Of a stretch of DNA of 64,000 nucleotides, positions 23,042 to 35,476 are shown one piece after another (position 1 is the stretch's first letter; every line of letters begins with the position of its first letter). The position numbers and the translations under genes are program-made. The notes under the pieces are model-generated. The model saw only the letters and a list, made by a program, of their open reading frames with translations, was not told where the DNA came from and made no database searches. Source of the DNA: Macrostomum lignano (taxonomy: Eukaryota); contig NIVC01000535.1 in the NCBI GenBank assembly GCA_002269645.1, forward strand, positions 63,757 to 127,756, written 5' to 3'.

Positions 23042-25404
23042 CTGCGGTGAAGAGCAAGCATTGGAATGATAAGATAATCAATAATCAAGCATTTTAAGGT
23101 GGCTAGCAGATTGGTAACGGTTATAAATATCCATGGGTTCTAAAATTGCCACATTAATTTGGAGTTCGTGAAGAGAGTCACATTGGTCGCTTTGATTCAC
23201 CATAGCACGCATAGACAGCCCCAGCGAACTCACAAACCAACTTCACTTGTAAATAGTGAACACTCAAAATAGTCTGACAACAGTCTCAGATTTTACCTTA
23301 AAGCGATGCAACTCAAACGACACCATTTATCAGGAAATAAATCGGAATCAGCTTAATTCCCTCGATCTACGCTGCCTGTCCCTCTGAAATTTCTCTGTAG
23401 TCTCCAGACTGCACTGCACCGATTGACCAAAAAGTCAATCAGCAATTGTCCGAGTGGACTTGCCAGCTTCCAGCCGGACGCCATCTCGGAGTCTGTCATT
23501 TGGCGGATTATCGCGAGCGCACGAGACAGTTAAGCGATCCCTCATCGTCTTTTCAATATATCCGGTCATTTTTTCACCATGGTTGTTGAGTAAAACGCTC
23601 TTTAGTATTACATCACTCTCACAAAGCCTTCTTGAAGAAAACCTGTATAACTCCGAGTTTCGCACCCATGAGGACCAACACCCAAGGCACAGAGAAAGCC
23701 CGACAGTTGTGGGATGATGTCACTGAATGTATTCCGTCAGGGTGCCCCACAGGTACTTGAACCGGATCCGTGAATTCCGCCTGAGAACAGCCGCATCTTA
23801 AGCACTTTAAGGTTTTTAACCGGTCTGCTTCTAGGCTATGCAGCTCTGTCTCGAAGAACGACTATTAATATAACAGTCTTAGTCTGGGCTTAATTGGATT
23901 GATGGAGCTTTGAAGGAGAATCGCCAGCAACTGAATCGAGGGGCCCAGCCAGGGATTTCACGGGACACTGTCACGCGCTCCGAAGGAACGCGAGGAATGC
24001 ACTAGTGAGGACCAAAGAAGGAACATTGTCAGGGACTATAGACGACACATTCTCAATTTAGCCATGCAACGAGCGATTTCTTTTCATCAACTGAAATAGA
24101 AATAGACATTCTAAAAATGCCATTTTTTCAGGCTCTACTCAATCATGCTCTGCTCTGCTCAGGCTCAGGCTCTGGTTCCTAAGGGACTCTCAATGACTCG
24201 CAAAAACTGGAACTGCAAGCTGCACAAGAGTCAATTAGTTAGAGCAGCTGAACTGATCTCGCATGGAGTGGCAGGACATTCTCTTTCAGGCAAGAAAGCG
24301 ACGGATATTGGGCATCGGGTAATGAGCCCTTCTACGGAGGATAACTCACCTGCCGCCCAACGCACCTGCGTTGCTTATCATGCCGAACTTGACCCCCAGA
24401 GGGTCGCTTCCTGTGCTCGTATCGGAGATTCGTATCGTAGCTTTCACCGCTAGATAAATATAAATTGAGAAGACTAAAAGTTTGACAGAGCCGGGTATAT
24501 ATTAGATGGAAGTGAGGGAGAGGACACCCTGTGGCTAGCTATATAAGCCGAAACACCGTGGCCCAGTTTACGTAGATATACTTAGGCGGGTGACTCAACT
24601 TGTTGTGTTGGGTCTACTCAACTTGCGCTCAACGGGGCATTCACTCTCTCCCCCCTGTCTCTCTCTAAGTATCTGTGAGTTGGGCAGCTTGCAGCAATTA
24701 TTTTCTGGCTGTTTTTTGCACTGCTCCTATTCTGCACTGTTCCATGTGCGCTGGCTAAAAACAACTCCGGTGTAGTCAAGCTCAGCTTCTCATTCTCGTA
24801 TCTTAAAGAATCAGACGTCATATAAAGCGCATCAATCCGAGACGTTTTAGAAATTGGGCACGTTTTATGATTATGAAACAGTTCTTGGCATCTACTGATC
24901 ACATAAATCAACTGTAACGTCAACAGCTAGCCAACGTTTAGACTTGTTTTTTATGTCAAGACGTCTACAATTTGTTAAGGACAGTGAGCTATTTTACTTA
25001 AGCATTTTGCCAAGTTTCTGATCTGCAATATTCATTGTTTAGCAATTTGACGATCATTATTCACATTATTTATGCAGAACAATACATTAATACAAACAAT
25101 GCATTGTGTGCAGGATCGTCAAGCAGCATAACAATGCAAAGAATCAGCGGTCGCAGCGCGTGACACCGATTTGTCACGATTTGTCACGATTTGTCCTACC
25201 GGCGCTCGCCAGATTGTTAAATTGGCTGCTTCACAAACCCCCTTTTGAGCCATAGACAATGAAAAGAAAGTTTTAAGGGCTTTATTCTGCCTCAGGATTA
25301 AAGGTTTCAGTCGACTTAGAAGATGTTTTATTATCTATGCAATAGTAGTCCTTGGCATTGAAAGAGTCTGCATGTGAAAATCTGAAAAAGCAAAACGGAA
25401 TTAT

Positions 25405-28400
25405 TTAGACATAGAAGATGCCCTCGCAGGACGTCGGCCGAGCCATGTTGGAGCCAGCAGGACAGCCAAATGTCTGCGCGAACTCCGGCATTGTGGACAG
25501 GATGCCGTTTACCCTGGAATGGTGGGGAAGTGAGCGATTGACTGAGTGAGTGAGTGAGTGAGTGAGTGAGTGAGTGAGTGAGTGAGTGAGTGAGTGAGTG
25601 AGTGAGTGAGTGAGTGAGTGAGTGAGCGACTATCGAAAGCAGTAGAGTTTTTATTCCAGTTTCTTGAACATCGACTGAGAACGGTGATGCGATAGATGCT
25701 ATACCATCAGACAGATAATATTCTTCGGAGCCACACTACTTTCAGTAGACATATCAGAGTTTTACTCATGCATATCTGCAATAGTAAAATACTTATACAC
25801 TTAATTTTGGCTCACAGAGTTTCCTCTGGCAGGGCGCGCAGCGTTTCAGCCTTTGTGACGGAGTAGTCCGGATTGCGACTGTAGCACTGGTTCTGCAATC
25901 AGGAACAGGTGTTGAGTACAGGTAGTGAGGGACAGGTATTGAGGGACAGGTAGTGAGGGACAGGTATTGAGAGACAGGTATTGAGGGACAAGTAGTGAGG
26001 GACAGGTATTGAGGAACAGGTAGTGAGGGACAGGTATTGAGAGACAGGTATTGAGGGACAAGTAGTGAGGGACAGGTATTGAGGGACAAGTAGTGAGGGA
26101 CAGGTATTGAGGGACAGGTATTGAGGGACAGGTATTGCGGGACAGGTATTGAGGGACAGGTATTGAGGGACAGGTATTGAGGGACAGGTATTGAGGGACA
26201 GGTATTGAGGGACAGGTATTGAGGGACAGGTATTGAGTATTGAGGGACAGGTAGTGAGGGACAGGTATTGAGGGACAGGTATTGAGGGACAGGTATTGAG
26301 GAACAGGTATTGAGGGATAGGTATTGAGTATTAAGGGACAGGTATTGAGGGACAGGTATTGAGGGACAGGTGTAGAGGGACAGGTATTGAGGGACAGGTA
26401 TTGAGGGACAGGTATTGAGGGACAGGTATTGAGGGACAGGTGTAGAGGGACAGGTATTGAGGGACAGGTATTGAGGGACAGGTATTGAGGAACAGGTATT
26501 GAGGGACAGGTATTGAGTATTAAGGGACAGGTATTGAGGGACAGGTATTGAGGGACAGGTGTAGAGGGACAGGTATTGAGGGACAGGTATTGAGGGACAG
26601 GTATTGAGGGACAGGTATTGAGGGACAGGTATTGAGGGACAGGTATTGAGGGACAGGTATTGAGGGACAGGTATTGATGACAGGTATTGATGACAGGTAT
26701 TGAGGGACAGGTATTGAGGGACATCCCGAAAGAGAACGAAGGTAGAATTCACCTGCGCCCAGGCCAAGAAGAATGTCTGCTGTTGATTCCAGCTGGCCAG
26801 AGGCAGCGGCAACTCGGTGTCACTTCTCAACCGCAGGTAGGTCCGAATCGACAATCGAAGGCCGTCAGCAGCGGCAATGATGTTGCGTAGGTGGCGCACA
26901 AGTAAATTTTCAATGCTCACCTGGCAGGAAATGCAAAATGGATGTTGTAGGAATTTATTGAGTCCTTTTCCTAGCATCCGAGTAAGCTTACCAGTATTAG
27001 ATGCTAACGTTTGAGCAATGGTGTTACATTGACAGACTACCTCATTGTTATCTCAATAAACTACCTCATGGTTACCTTAATAGACTTACGTATTTCGGGC
27101 CACTCTGTGTCGGATAGGGCCCGGCCCGCATGGCTGAGAAGGTCCGGTTCAGGCAGGAGGCCTTCTCTACGTAGCCCAGGTAAGTCTCCTGCCGCGACCA
27201 CATCGGGTTCATGGCTCCGGTCTTGTCAAACAGCTGGCCTGTCACGGAAAAAGAAGGAAGGAAGGGTGTTCGAGCTTTTTACAGTTGAAATTGCGCTGAT
27301 TGGTTATTGAGGGACAGATGAATATGTGGCAGCCAATCAGAGTTCTCGACTACATTCTCGTCCCGATCGATATTAAAACCTAGCAGAGATAGTATATTCT
27401 ATCAGGCTGTTTTAAAGATGAATCCGAAATTGCTTTCAACCACCTCGTGGTATCTTCAATAACCACCTCATGGTATCTTCAATAACCGCCTCATGTTACC
27501 TTCAATGACCGCCTCATGTTATCTTCAATGACCGCCTCATGGTACCTGTCTATTTGCAAAACAAACAATTTCACTCACCGGTGGCGTCGATGGACTTCAC
27601 CAGTTCGGCGCCGATTTTCTCGCCAAGGGTGGCGAAGTTCACGTAGTCCGGCAGGCCGCGACCGTAGTAGGGCCACTGCAGCGACCCGGCCGGGATGGTC
27701 AGGCGCACCAGCTGGTTATTCAAGTGCAGATTGGTGTCGTAGGTGGAGCCGTCCCATTCGCTGCGGTCCGGCTGCTTGCCAATACGGCTGCTCTGGTACT
27801 GCAGGTGAAAAGCTTGCCGATTGATGGCCAGCTGCAGTAAGTAGTCGTTGTCGCCGATGCTGAGCTGCTCGATAGGTTTGGTTAAGAGAAGTTTTTATAT
27901 ACGGAGAGAATGCTTTATAAAATGACTCGTGACTTTAAATTTCATTTTTCCAGTGGCAGATCAAATACCGTTTTGTAGAATGCGTCCAAATATGAATCGG
28001 ACACCTCTGTCTCCGAATATCCTATGAAATCTCTGATGCCGCCAACTTTCTCCTTAGCTTTGGACTTCTCTTCATTTGACAGCCAGGTGAGACGATCGAT
28101 AGACGAAGTCAGCTCATCCTGCAGGGCCTTGTACATGCTGTCGACCTGTAATGACCAGTATTCAGTATCTGACACAGGGTCTTCAGTGTCTTGACACAGA
28201 ACCGTCTGTAGCTATCTGACACAGGGTTTTCAGTGTCTTGACACAGAACAATCTGTAGCTATCTAAAACAGGGTCTTCAGTGTCTTGACACAACCATCTG
28301 TAGCTATCTGACACAGGGTCTTCAGTGTCTTGACACAGAACCATCTGTAGCTATCTGACACAGGGTCTTCAGTGTCTTACACAGAACCGTCTGTAGCTAT

Positions 28401-29689
28401 CTGACACAGGGTCTTCAGTGTCTTGACACAGAACCATCTGTAGCTATCTGACACAGGGTCTTCAGTGTCTTTACACAGAACCATCTGTAGCTATCTGACA
28501 CAGGGTTTTCAGTGCGTGACACAGGCTATTACGAGTTACACAGGCTCGGAGAATTCCATGTTCCTTCCCAACTGCACTTGAGACAGCCAAAATAAACGTG
28601 TCTGCACTCACTTCTCCCTTGACAGAACTCGACAAGTGATCAGCCACAAACAGAGCGCTGACAGCGTGCCGCATCCAGTGACGCGTCTTTCTGTAGCAAT
28701 AGTCAAACCTGTTCTCAAACGCATACGCTTGCGTTGCAATCACCAATTGGAACTCGCGTTTGGCGTGAACGTAACCGCTGGACAGGTCTCCGACGTGACG
28801 ACTGATGATGCGCCAGTTGATATAGTTACTCAGCTTCCTGTCGATGTAGACAATGTTCACTGGCTAGGATTCCAAATGATTTGGTAATTACGAGTACTTA
28901 GGGTACTTTCAGCGGTCCTTGAACAAACCTTTTCGACTGGGTTGGATCTGCCATCAGCTGGCGAATGTACTGGACCATCTTGACCAGGTAATCGGGGTCC
29001 TGTACAGCTACACTTGATGGTGCATTTGAGCCAAAGGCCGTCCTAAAGAAGTCGCTCCACTGGATTGGTTGGTAAGTGAAGTCCATGGACCTGAGAGCTA
29101 CAAGGTTGCTCGGATCCAGCGGTGGCTTCTCGGGACTCGCAGCGTCCTGCGCAATCTAGAAGGAAAGGGTCGTGGATTTGAACTGGTTCGATGGGTTCAA
29201 GAAGACTTTGAGTGAGTTCAAGAAGACTTTGAGTAGGTTCAAAGAGACTTCGAGTGGGTTCAAGATGGCTTATCGAATCTTTCCTCCTCTTACCCTGGCC
29301 AGTTCCGTTTCAACCTCCATCACATCGACCACAAAGGTGTCCACCCGCGACAACGCTCCTGACTGGTCGAGCTTGCCGGGCTCAGTGTCAGCCTGCAGAA
29401 AGGCGGCCACGGTCCGAATGTAGGTGGAGTAGGCTTGCCGGTGCTTGGCGCTCGTCTCCTGTGGTTGCGTAGGCGATGATGAATAGCGGTCACGTGATTA
29501 GGGGAATGGAGCTCTCAATTACTTAAGCGACGAGACGCCTGCTAAATAGAAATCACCTGCTTACATCGCTTGACAAGTAAGACGAAGTTCGCATTTCGAT
29601 TCCACCGCGATTGATCTGAAAAAATAAATTAGTACTTTAATTAAAAGTTATTCGGGCCGACAGGAAACAGGGGAGGATTGAAGACTATA

Positions 29690-29723
<34 letters not shown>

Positions 29724-29724
29724 A

Positions 29725-29761
<37 letters not shown>

Positions 29762-30759
29762 TGATTACACCTGCCCTAATGGCGAGATGTGCAACCGACA
29801 GCTCAGCCGCAGCTATTGCGCGGCGCATCTGAAGGCTGCGTACGGCTGTTCAGTCCAAGGACTGGGGGGTCGCCACACACACCCTAAAAAAGTAGGCTTT
29901 TTAACACCGCCATAAAATCAGATGACTGACACAAGAGGCACGAAAAAGTATGTACAAGCCGACTAATCCCACAAAATAAGGGCTCATTTAATGGCACTTC
30001 ATCCCAGGAGCTCAAATGTCTCACCGAAATTGTGTACTTGTCATTGTCTAGGAAGTTCTCGGTCAACAAGTACTCAAAGAAGACATCGGCACCGTACTCC
30101 AAATAGGCCTGGGAGATCATCGAATTCAAGTCGAACTGATCGACACTCGACGCATTCAGCAGGTAGAGGTTGGACGACAGGAACTGGGCGAGGATGCCTC
30201 CCCGAAACCGCTCGGTGATCAAGTCGTTGGTGCAGATTTCAAATAGTTTCTTCACCTTGCGCTCGTAGGAATCGGTCGTGTTCCGTCTGACGGGGCTGCG
30301 CAGAATCTCTTCAAGCCGGTCCTCGTTCTCTCTGCTCAGCTCGCCGGGGATGGTCCTCTCCTGCACTCCCGGATTCAGGCGCATGATGTACGGCGCCAGG
30401 CCGCACGCGTAGCTGTAAAAGTCTTCGCACGGGCTCGCTGTTACGTTCGCCAGGGCTACGCTGGAGGCTGCGCGCAGCAGGCACGGCTGGCTCTGACAGG
30501 TATTGCCGAGTTCCATGCCTCCGCCGGCACCTCCGCCACCTCCTCCGTGAGTGGCCGCCAAGGTGATGATCAATATGAACATGACGAATGTGACGCCGAC
30601 AAGTACATTCTCTAGCAGAGTGTGGTTGTTGGGATCCAGTTGGTACTTCACTCGCTGCCACAGGTCCCCGCTGTTGCCGCTGCCGGAGCCGCCGCCGCCG
30701 CTGCCGCCGCTGTTGCGGGAGGTGTCGAATTCGACATTGATAGATTCCGCACTCGCCAT
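25405..30759 (-). CDS. Neprilysin/endothelin-converting-enzyme-like (peptidase M13 fold) type II membrane protein, predicted catalytically inactive, ~789 aa. Exons 30025-30759, 29565-29615, 29294-29458, 28929-29155, 28612-28837, 27969-28145, 27579-27864, 27090-27238, 26753-26920, 25816-25892, 25405-25513
   Basis: N-terminal TM (VLVGVTFVMFILIITLAA); CQSQPC...ASPCEDFYSYACG; NYINWR; IGYS; IPAGSLQWPYY; TFFLAWAQ|NQC; VNGILSTMPEFAQTFGCPAGSNM. All 10 introns are GT-AG with consistent phases. Confidence 0.9.
25540..25626. repeat. (GAGT)n microsatellite in the last intron of the NEP-like gene
   Basis: Direct reading. Confidence 0.95.
25910..26722. repeat. 14-bp minisatellite (~55 copies) in NEP-like intron 9
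   Basis: Unit gagggacaggtatt. Confidence 0.95.
28160..28512. repeat. 47-bp minisatellite (~7.5 copies) in NEP-like intron 5
   Basis: Unit gtagctatctgacacagggtcttcagtgtcttgacacagaaccatct. Confidence 0.95.
29690..29885 (-). mobile_element. 5'-truncated SINE family A copy (3' body, (ATT)n tail, adjoining (TTC)n) in NEP-like intron 1
   Basis: 29763-29880 is nearly identical to 35488-35612 (gatgtgcaaccgacagctcagccgcagctattg...ggctgttcagtccaaggactgggggg.tcgccacacac). Confidence 0.75.
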
Positions 30760-31169
30760 GGTAGACCTGAGTTCGATGAGCGCGATTCGTTTTCCGATTT
30801 TATTTTATTCAACTCACCCCAATATAAACTCGTTCGCCTTCTCAATCTTCAGGAGCAGAGTTCGTTTCTGCTTATCTTTGGCCCGAATGAAGATTGAGCA
30901 GCTGCCCGCTTGCTGGCTTCTACCCGGGCGCAGATAAGGCGGGGCTGAAGTTGGTCCCTCTGTGCCATTCTGCACCACAACTCCTCCTCAGCTCTCCATT
31001 ATCAGCATTCGACAAAAATACTTTCGATTCTCTAACCAGTTTTACGAGTATGTACACCAGTCCGTTAACGCAGTTACGCGATTTTATACCGAGAAAAAAG
31101 TTCTGAAAAATTTCACTGGCTCCAACTATGATAATCGCGCATAGTGGAACAATTCGGAATCGTCAAGAC

Positions 31170-31436
31170 CAGGGGTAGACAATCTCCGGCCCGCGGGCCA
31201 CATGCGGCCCTTAAAGCCTTTCTATCCGGCCCATTCCGTGTCCTTTGAAACTTCACAATGGCAATCCGGCCCGTCCAAGATGTGTCTCTTCTCAGCTCAC
31301 TTCGATCTCCAATCTCTTCTCTCCTCTTCTCTCCTTTCCTTTCCTCTCTTCTTGTCTCCCTTGTCTCCCTTCTCTACTGTTCTCTGCACTAGGTTCTCTC
31401 TATCTGGCCCTTGGGGTAAAAACTTGCCGACCCTTG
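31170..31436. mobile_element. 267-bp hAT (Charlie-like) MITE with 8-bp target-site duplication
   Basis: Left end caggggtagacaa...ccggcccgcgggccacatgcggccc; right end ttgccgacccttg; TSD gtcaagac at 31162-31169 and 31437-31444. Confidence 0.85.
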
Positions 31437-32111
31437 GTCAAGACGGAGTGCATGTAGGTTTTTAATGTGCACTCAACAGCATTCAAAACCATGACAATGC
31501 ATTTAAAATTAACTAAGGTAACGGTTTCCACACGGTGCCGAGAATTTGCGATCAGACCTTTACGCAAAATAATACTGATCAAATAATGACAAGTCAAAAC
31601 TTACATGTACTTATTAGTTCCCATTCGCTAGAGAGGTACAATTAATTGCCAGCAGATATTATGTGTATTAGAAGACAATAAAGTAAAGCTGAGAAGCTGA
31701 ATATGCACAAGAAAACAAGATTTACCCAGTTTTTATACACAAGTGCCACTCCGCACATATCGTGAGTAGTCAATGAGACTATAACTTCTCATTCAAAATT
31801 CAACCCAGGAGTTACGCAACTACGCTGTGAGGCCGCATCCTTTTCAAAAAGGCTTTTACTTGGTGTTTATGTACATATTGATGCACATTGAAAAATGAAC
31901 ACAGAAAACCATTGTAAATATACACTTTCAGCCAGACGCCATGGCAAGTTTTGGCCATTACTCCATAGTTGCTCAACAATGTACTTTTTACCCCATGTAC
32001 AAATTTCATCACGTGACTACTTTCCCGCGTTTATTATCTGTCCACCCTTAGTTGTCTTGCATTTGCGTGAAACAAGTGTGGAATAAAGACATCTGTGCTG
32101 GAATAATACAA

Positions 32112-32636
32112 GTACAATGGTAGATTGTGTCTATGACTTTAGGGTCAGACAATTGTAGATTGTGTCTATGGCTTTGGAGTCAGACAATTGTAGATTGTGT
32201 CTATGGCTTTAGGGTCAGACAATTGTATATTGTGTCTATGGCTTTGGAGTCAGACAATTGTAGATTGTGTCTATGGCTTTGGAGTCAGACAATTGTAGAT
32301 TGTGTCTATGGCTTTGGAGTCAGACAATTGTAGATTGTGTCTATCGTTTTGGAGTCAGACAATTGTAGATTGTGTCTATCGCTTTGGAGTCAGACAATTG
32401 TAGATTGTGTCTATGGCTTTGGAGTCAGACAATTGTAGATTGTGTCTATGGCTTTAGGGTCAGACAATTGTATATTGTGTCTATGGCTTTGGAGTCAGAC
32501 AATTGTAGATTGTGTCTATGGCTTTGGAGTCAGACAATTGTAGATTGTGTCTATGGCTTTGGAGTCAGACAATTGTAGATTGTGTCTATCGTTTTGGAGT
32601 CAGACAATTGTAGATTGTGTCTATGGCTTTGGAGTC
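32112..32636. repeat. 35-bp minisatellite (~15 copies)
   Basis: Unit gattgtgtctatggctttggagtcagacaattgta. Confidence 0.95.
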
Positions 32637-33385
32637 ATTGGAGTCGTCCTGGTGGTTCTAGTCGTCCCTGTGACTTTGTTTTCAGCTCAGTGTCTTTGTG
32701 TCGTAAATTTAATTGCAGCGATGAAACTATGGAAAAAGTATTACTTTCAAGCTTCCGTCAGGACCCACGAGGGGATCCGCGCTCGTAGTCAGTGACTTCT
32801 CATGGCTAACTTTATGCGTACACGCATCGCGAGTGAGCATCCACGTTTATTCATCTCGCATCCAGCTAAAATTTGCCACTCTATTTTGTCGCCAATGAAT
32901 GCCTCCCCAGCTAATGGGTTTCCTAAGCTTTCCTCTGGCGCACAGCGCATTTCAAACACAATGGAATTGTCGGAAAAGCAGCTTAAGACTCCTCATAGGC
33001 TTCTTTATTAATTATTGAGGAATCCGCAGAAGCAAAAAGCGGAATGCGGAGCCCATCGGGAATAATTGAAGAGCAGCCAGGAGCTCTGGCGCAACTTACT
33101 CGTCTGGAAAGTAGGCATCGCCCCCCTCATTTGCTTTTGAAGCATTCTGGCTACTTTTAGAGTAGCTGCCTCTACCTTATCCAAGGTCTTCTATTTCTTA
33201 TTTACAGTTCTGGCGTCATGACAACGGAAGATGTGGGAAGAAACTTCGTCAATTTCTGACTGGGAAACCGCGACGCTTTTATTATTCTCGACAACAGATG
33301 CGAGAAGACTGTTTAAAAAGCAAGTTGGGAAGAGCTAGAGCCAGGAAGAGAGAAAACTTGCTGGCAACTTCAATACAGGCATCCG

Positions 33386-34423
33386 ATGGTTCAATCTAAA
33401 ATGAAACTTAGCTGGAATCCGGTTTGGATTCTGTTATTCGCTGCAGCTGCGGCTGCTGACGCCACAACTGTCCGCATGCGCTCCGAGCCGGTCTGCTCAG
33501 AGGCTGTCCTTAACAGCAGCGCCGCCATCGCTGCCGCACCCACCGGCTCGCCAACCGAACTTCGTGAGCTCTCCGGCATCAGCCACGCTCGTGTGTGCTC
33601 GGTGGAGTGCGCGGTCTGGCCGCAGTGCACCGTCGCCATCTACTGGCCCGAAAACCGGACCTGTTTGGTCGGCAACCTCGGAGCTTGGCAGCCTTGCCGT
33701 GTCCAACCGCTGGCGTGGACCCGCACGCCGACCCCGCCGAAGTCTTTGCTGTCGCGACTGCTCGGACTGTACAATTTCCGGTTCGGTTTGGACAATCTGG
33801 TGGCGGGGCTGGCGCCCGGAACTGCTCTGCCTGCGGCGAAGCCCACGCCCTCGGCTAATTTTGTCTATGGCCGAGGTGTCCAGCTTGCTTCCTACATTTC
33901 TTACTTGGAGGTCAACCTGACGGGATTCGGGGGTCGACCGTTCAGCTCCACTGGTCAGGCCACTTTCTACGCCAGGGTTGTCCCCGACTTTTCAATCCCA
34001 TCGTCATCGATGGGCGTCACTCTGCACACGATTCACAATAGCAGCTTCCTGCCTGACACGTTCAATCCGACTGGCAAGTGGTCTTTGGATGCACTTACTG
34101 GCAGCACAAGCTTTGAAGCTCACGATCTTTCGCCGCTTGTCTATACAATGAGCCCGGGCTTCGATCACTATTCGCCTGCCGGCACGGTGCACAGCTTCGC
34201 AGTGGTCTTCGACCCCGCCAACGGTGCCAGATTCTACCACAATGGAGCTTGGACACTCACGACGCTAACGACAGCGGCCGCGACCGCCCCCGCCTACGGC
34301 GAGGACGTCCTCCGAATCGGCCAAGACCAGGTGAAGCCATTCGGCGGCCTGTTCCTGTGCTACGCGGTGGCTGCTGACAATTTGACACTGACCGAGTTGC
34401 AGCAGCTGGATCAAGTCTGCTGA
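33386..34423 (+). CDS. Intronless secreted 345-aa protein: signal peptide + PAN/apple-like domain + concanavalin-A/LamG/pentraxin-like domain
   Basis: Hydrophobic N-terminus WILLFAAAAAA; CSVECAVWPQCTVAIYWPENRTCLV (PAN-type Cys spacing); C-terminal FAVVFDPANGARFYHNG...LRIGQDQVKPFGG...NLTLTELQQL (LamG/pentraxin-like ending). Acceptor-like AG at 33377-33378. Confidence 0.75.
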   Translation: MVQSKMKLSWNPVWILLFAAAAAADATTVRMRSEPVCSEAVLNSSAAIAAAPTGSPTELRELSGISHARVCSVECAVWPQCTVAIYWPENRTCLVGNLGAWQPCRVQPLAWTRTPTPPKSLLSRLLGLYNFRFGLDNLVAGLAPGTALPAAKPTPSANFVYGRGVQLASYISYLEVNLTGFGGRPFSSTGQATFYARVVPDFSIPSSSMGVTLHTIHNSSFLPDTFNPTGKWSLDALTGSTSFEAHDLSPLVYTMSPGFDHYSPAGTVHSFAVVFDPANGARFYHNGAWTLTTLTTAAATAPAYGEDVLRIGQDQVKPFGGLFLCYAVAADNLTLTELQQLDQVC

Positions 34424-35476
34424 GTCCGATGTAGCCTTGTTGGATGCTGATGCACTAAATACCGATAAAAGGCTATAATAGGGATGAAATACCTGTCCGA
34501 AATCCCGAGTCACCAGTAGTGCCAACCTGCGGCAATCACAAGAATCTAATTATACCAAAAACATCCGATACGAAGGGCAAAAATTTCAAATAACGTTTCA
34601 AATTTGATGTCAATGTTATCAACAGTTTTAACCTGTCGATTTTGTTTAATCATCTTAGGCTAGTCTGTATTTCGTATAGCAGCAATCCCTATAGTTTTCT
34701 ATTTTCGAGCTTTATTTTTACTGACTCTGAATTAAAAGATAGCTTGTACATGTACTTATCACTATGTCAATATGTGTTTTTAGATACGCTTCGCTTTTTA
34801 ACGCAAAAATGTTTGCCTCTTGTCTTGGAGTAAAAAATTTCAGCAGTGCAACTTATCTGCGAGTTTTCATCCTTATTTCAGCAATTGATAAATACATAAT
34901 CCTATTTTTATGACGCTTAATTTTGCGAGATATTACCACAAACCAAGGTCAAAGTCAGCTACGCAAAACATTTTGATAGAATAAGTGGTTCTTGTTTGCG
35001 CAATTTGTGACGCTTTTATATGACAGAAAGAAACTTACAGAACGTGACAATTGTACCAAAGAAACACAAGTACAACAAAATGCAAACTAGGCTAAGATGA
35101 CGTCCATGACACGACAAATTTCAATAGTTATCGTTGTTGTCGTTTGTTTGCTGGAATAAACTCGCTAGGTTGCACGCTAGGGACACTTTTGCAGTGCCTT
35201 GCGCTGAGGGAGTTGCGCATCTCCGATGGTCAATGGATGGTCGATGCCCAGCTCGCGGCGGAACGCAATGTTGCCAAACTGCATTTGGGCGGAGCGTGGA
35301 CGAAGAGGCGCCTTCAAGATTTTCCTGCGAGCCACTGGACCTGCTGGAGCCGACTCCCTTCGAAAGTGGAACCTGAAGTGTGATAGATCATAGATAACTT
35401 TGTCACCTAATAAACTAGTTTCAACTTCAAAAAGTGTGATTCCGATTTTTATCAGAGTTTTTGGCGTCATTCTAGG

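Noticed and set aside
24520-24560. Hammerhead-ribozyme/Penelope-like motif (ggct...agccgaaac); similar ctgaagag...caaaac at ~20005-20035
   Set aside because: The first lacks the CUGANGA core and the second lacks GAAA and stem II. At most these are decayed remnants.
21262-26977. Long ORFs of 200-400 aa (21262-22452, 21561-22409, 25793-26977, 25846-26724; likewise 4321-4962 and 53896-54804)
   Set aside because: They are translations of minisatellites or microsatellites open in several frames at once. 25793-26977 merely strings two real NEP exons through a 14-bp intronic array.
33040-33290. Minus-strand frame SEIDEVSSHIFRCHDARTVNKK*KTLDKVEAA as a tyrosine-recombinase C-terminus
   Set aside because: Only a faint H...Y-like resemblance, interrupted by a stop, with no upstream R-H-x-x-R motifs found.
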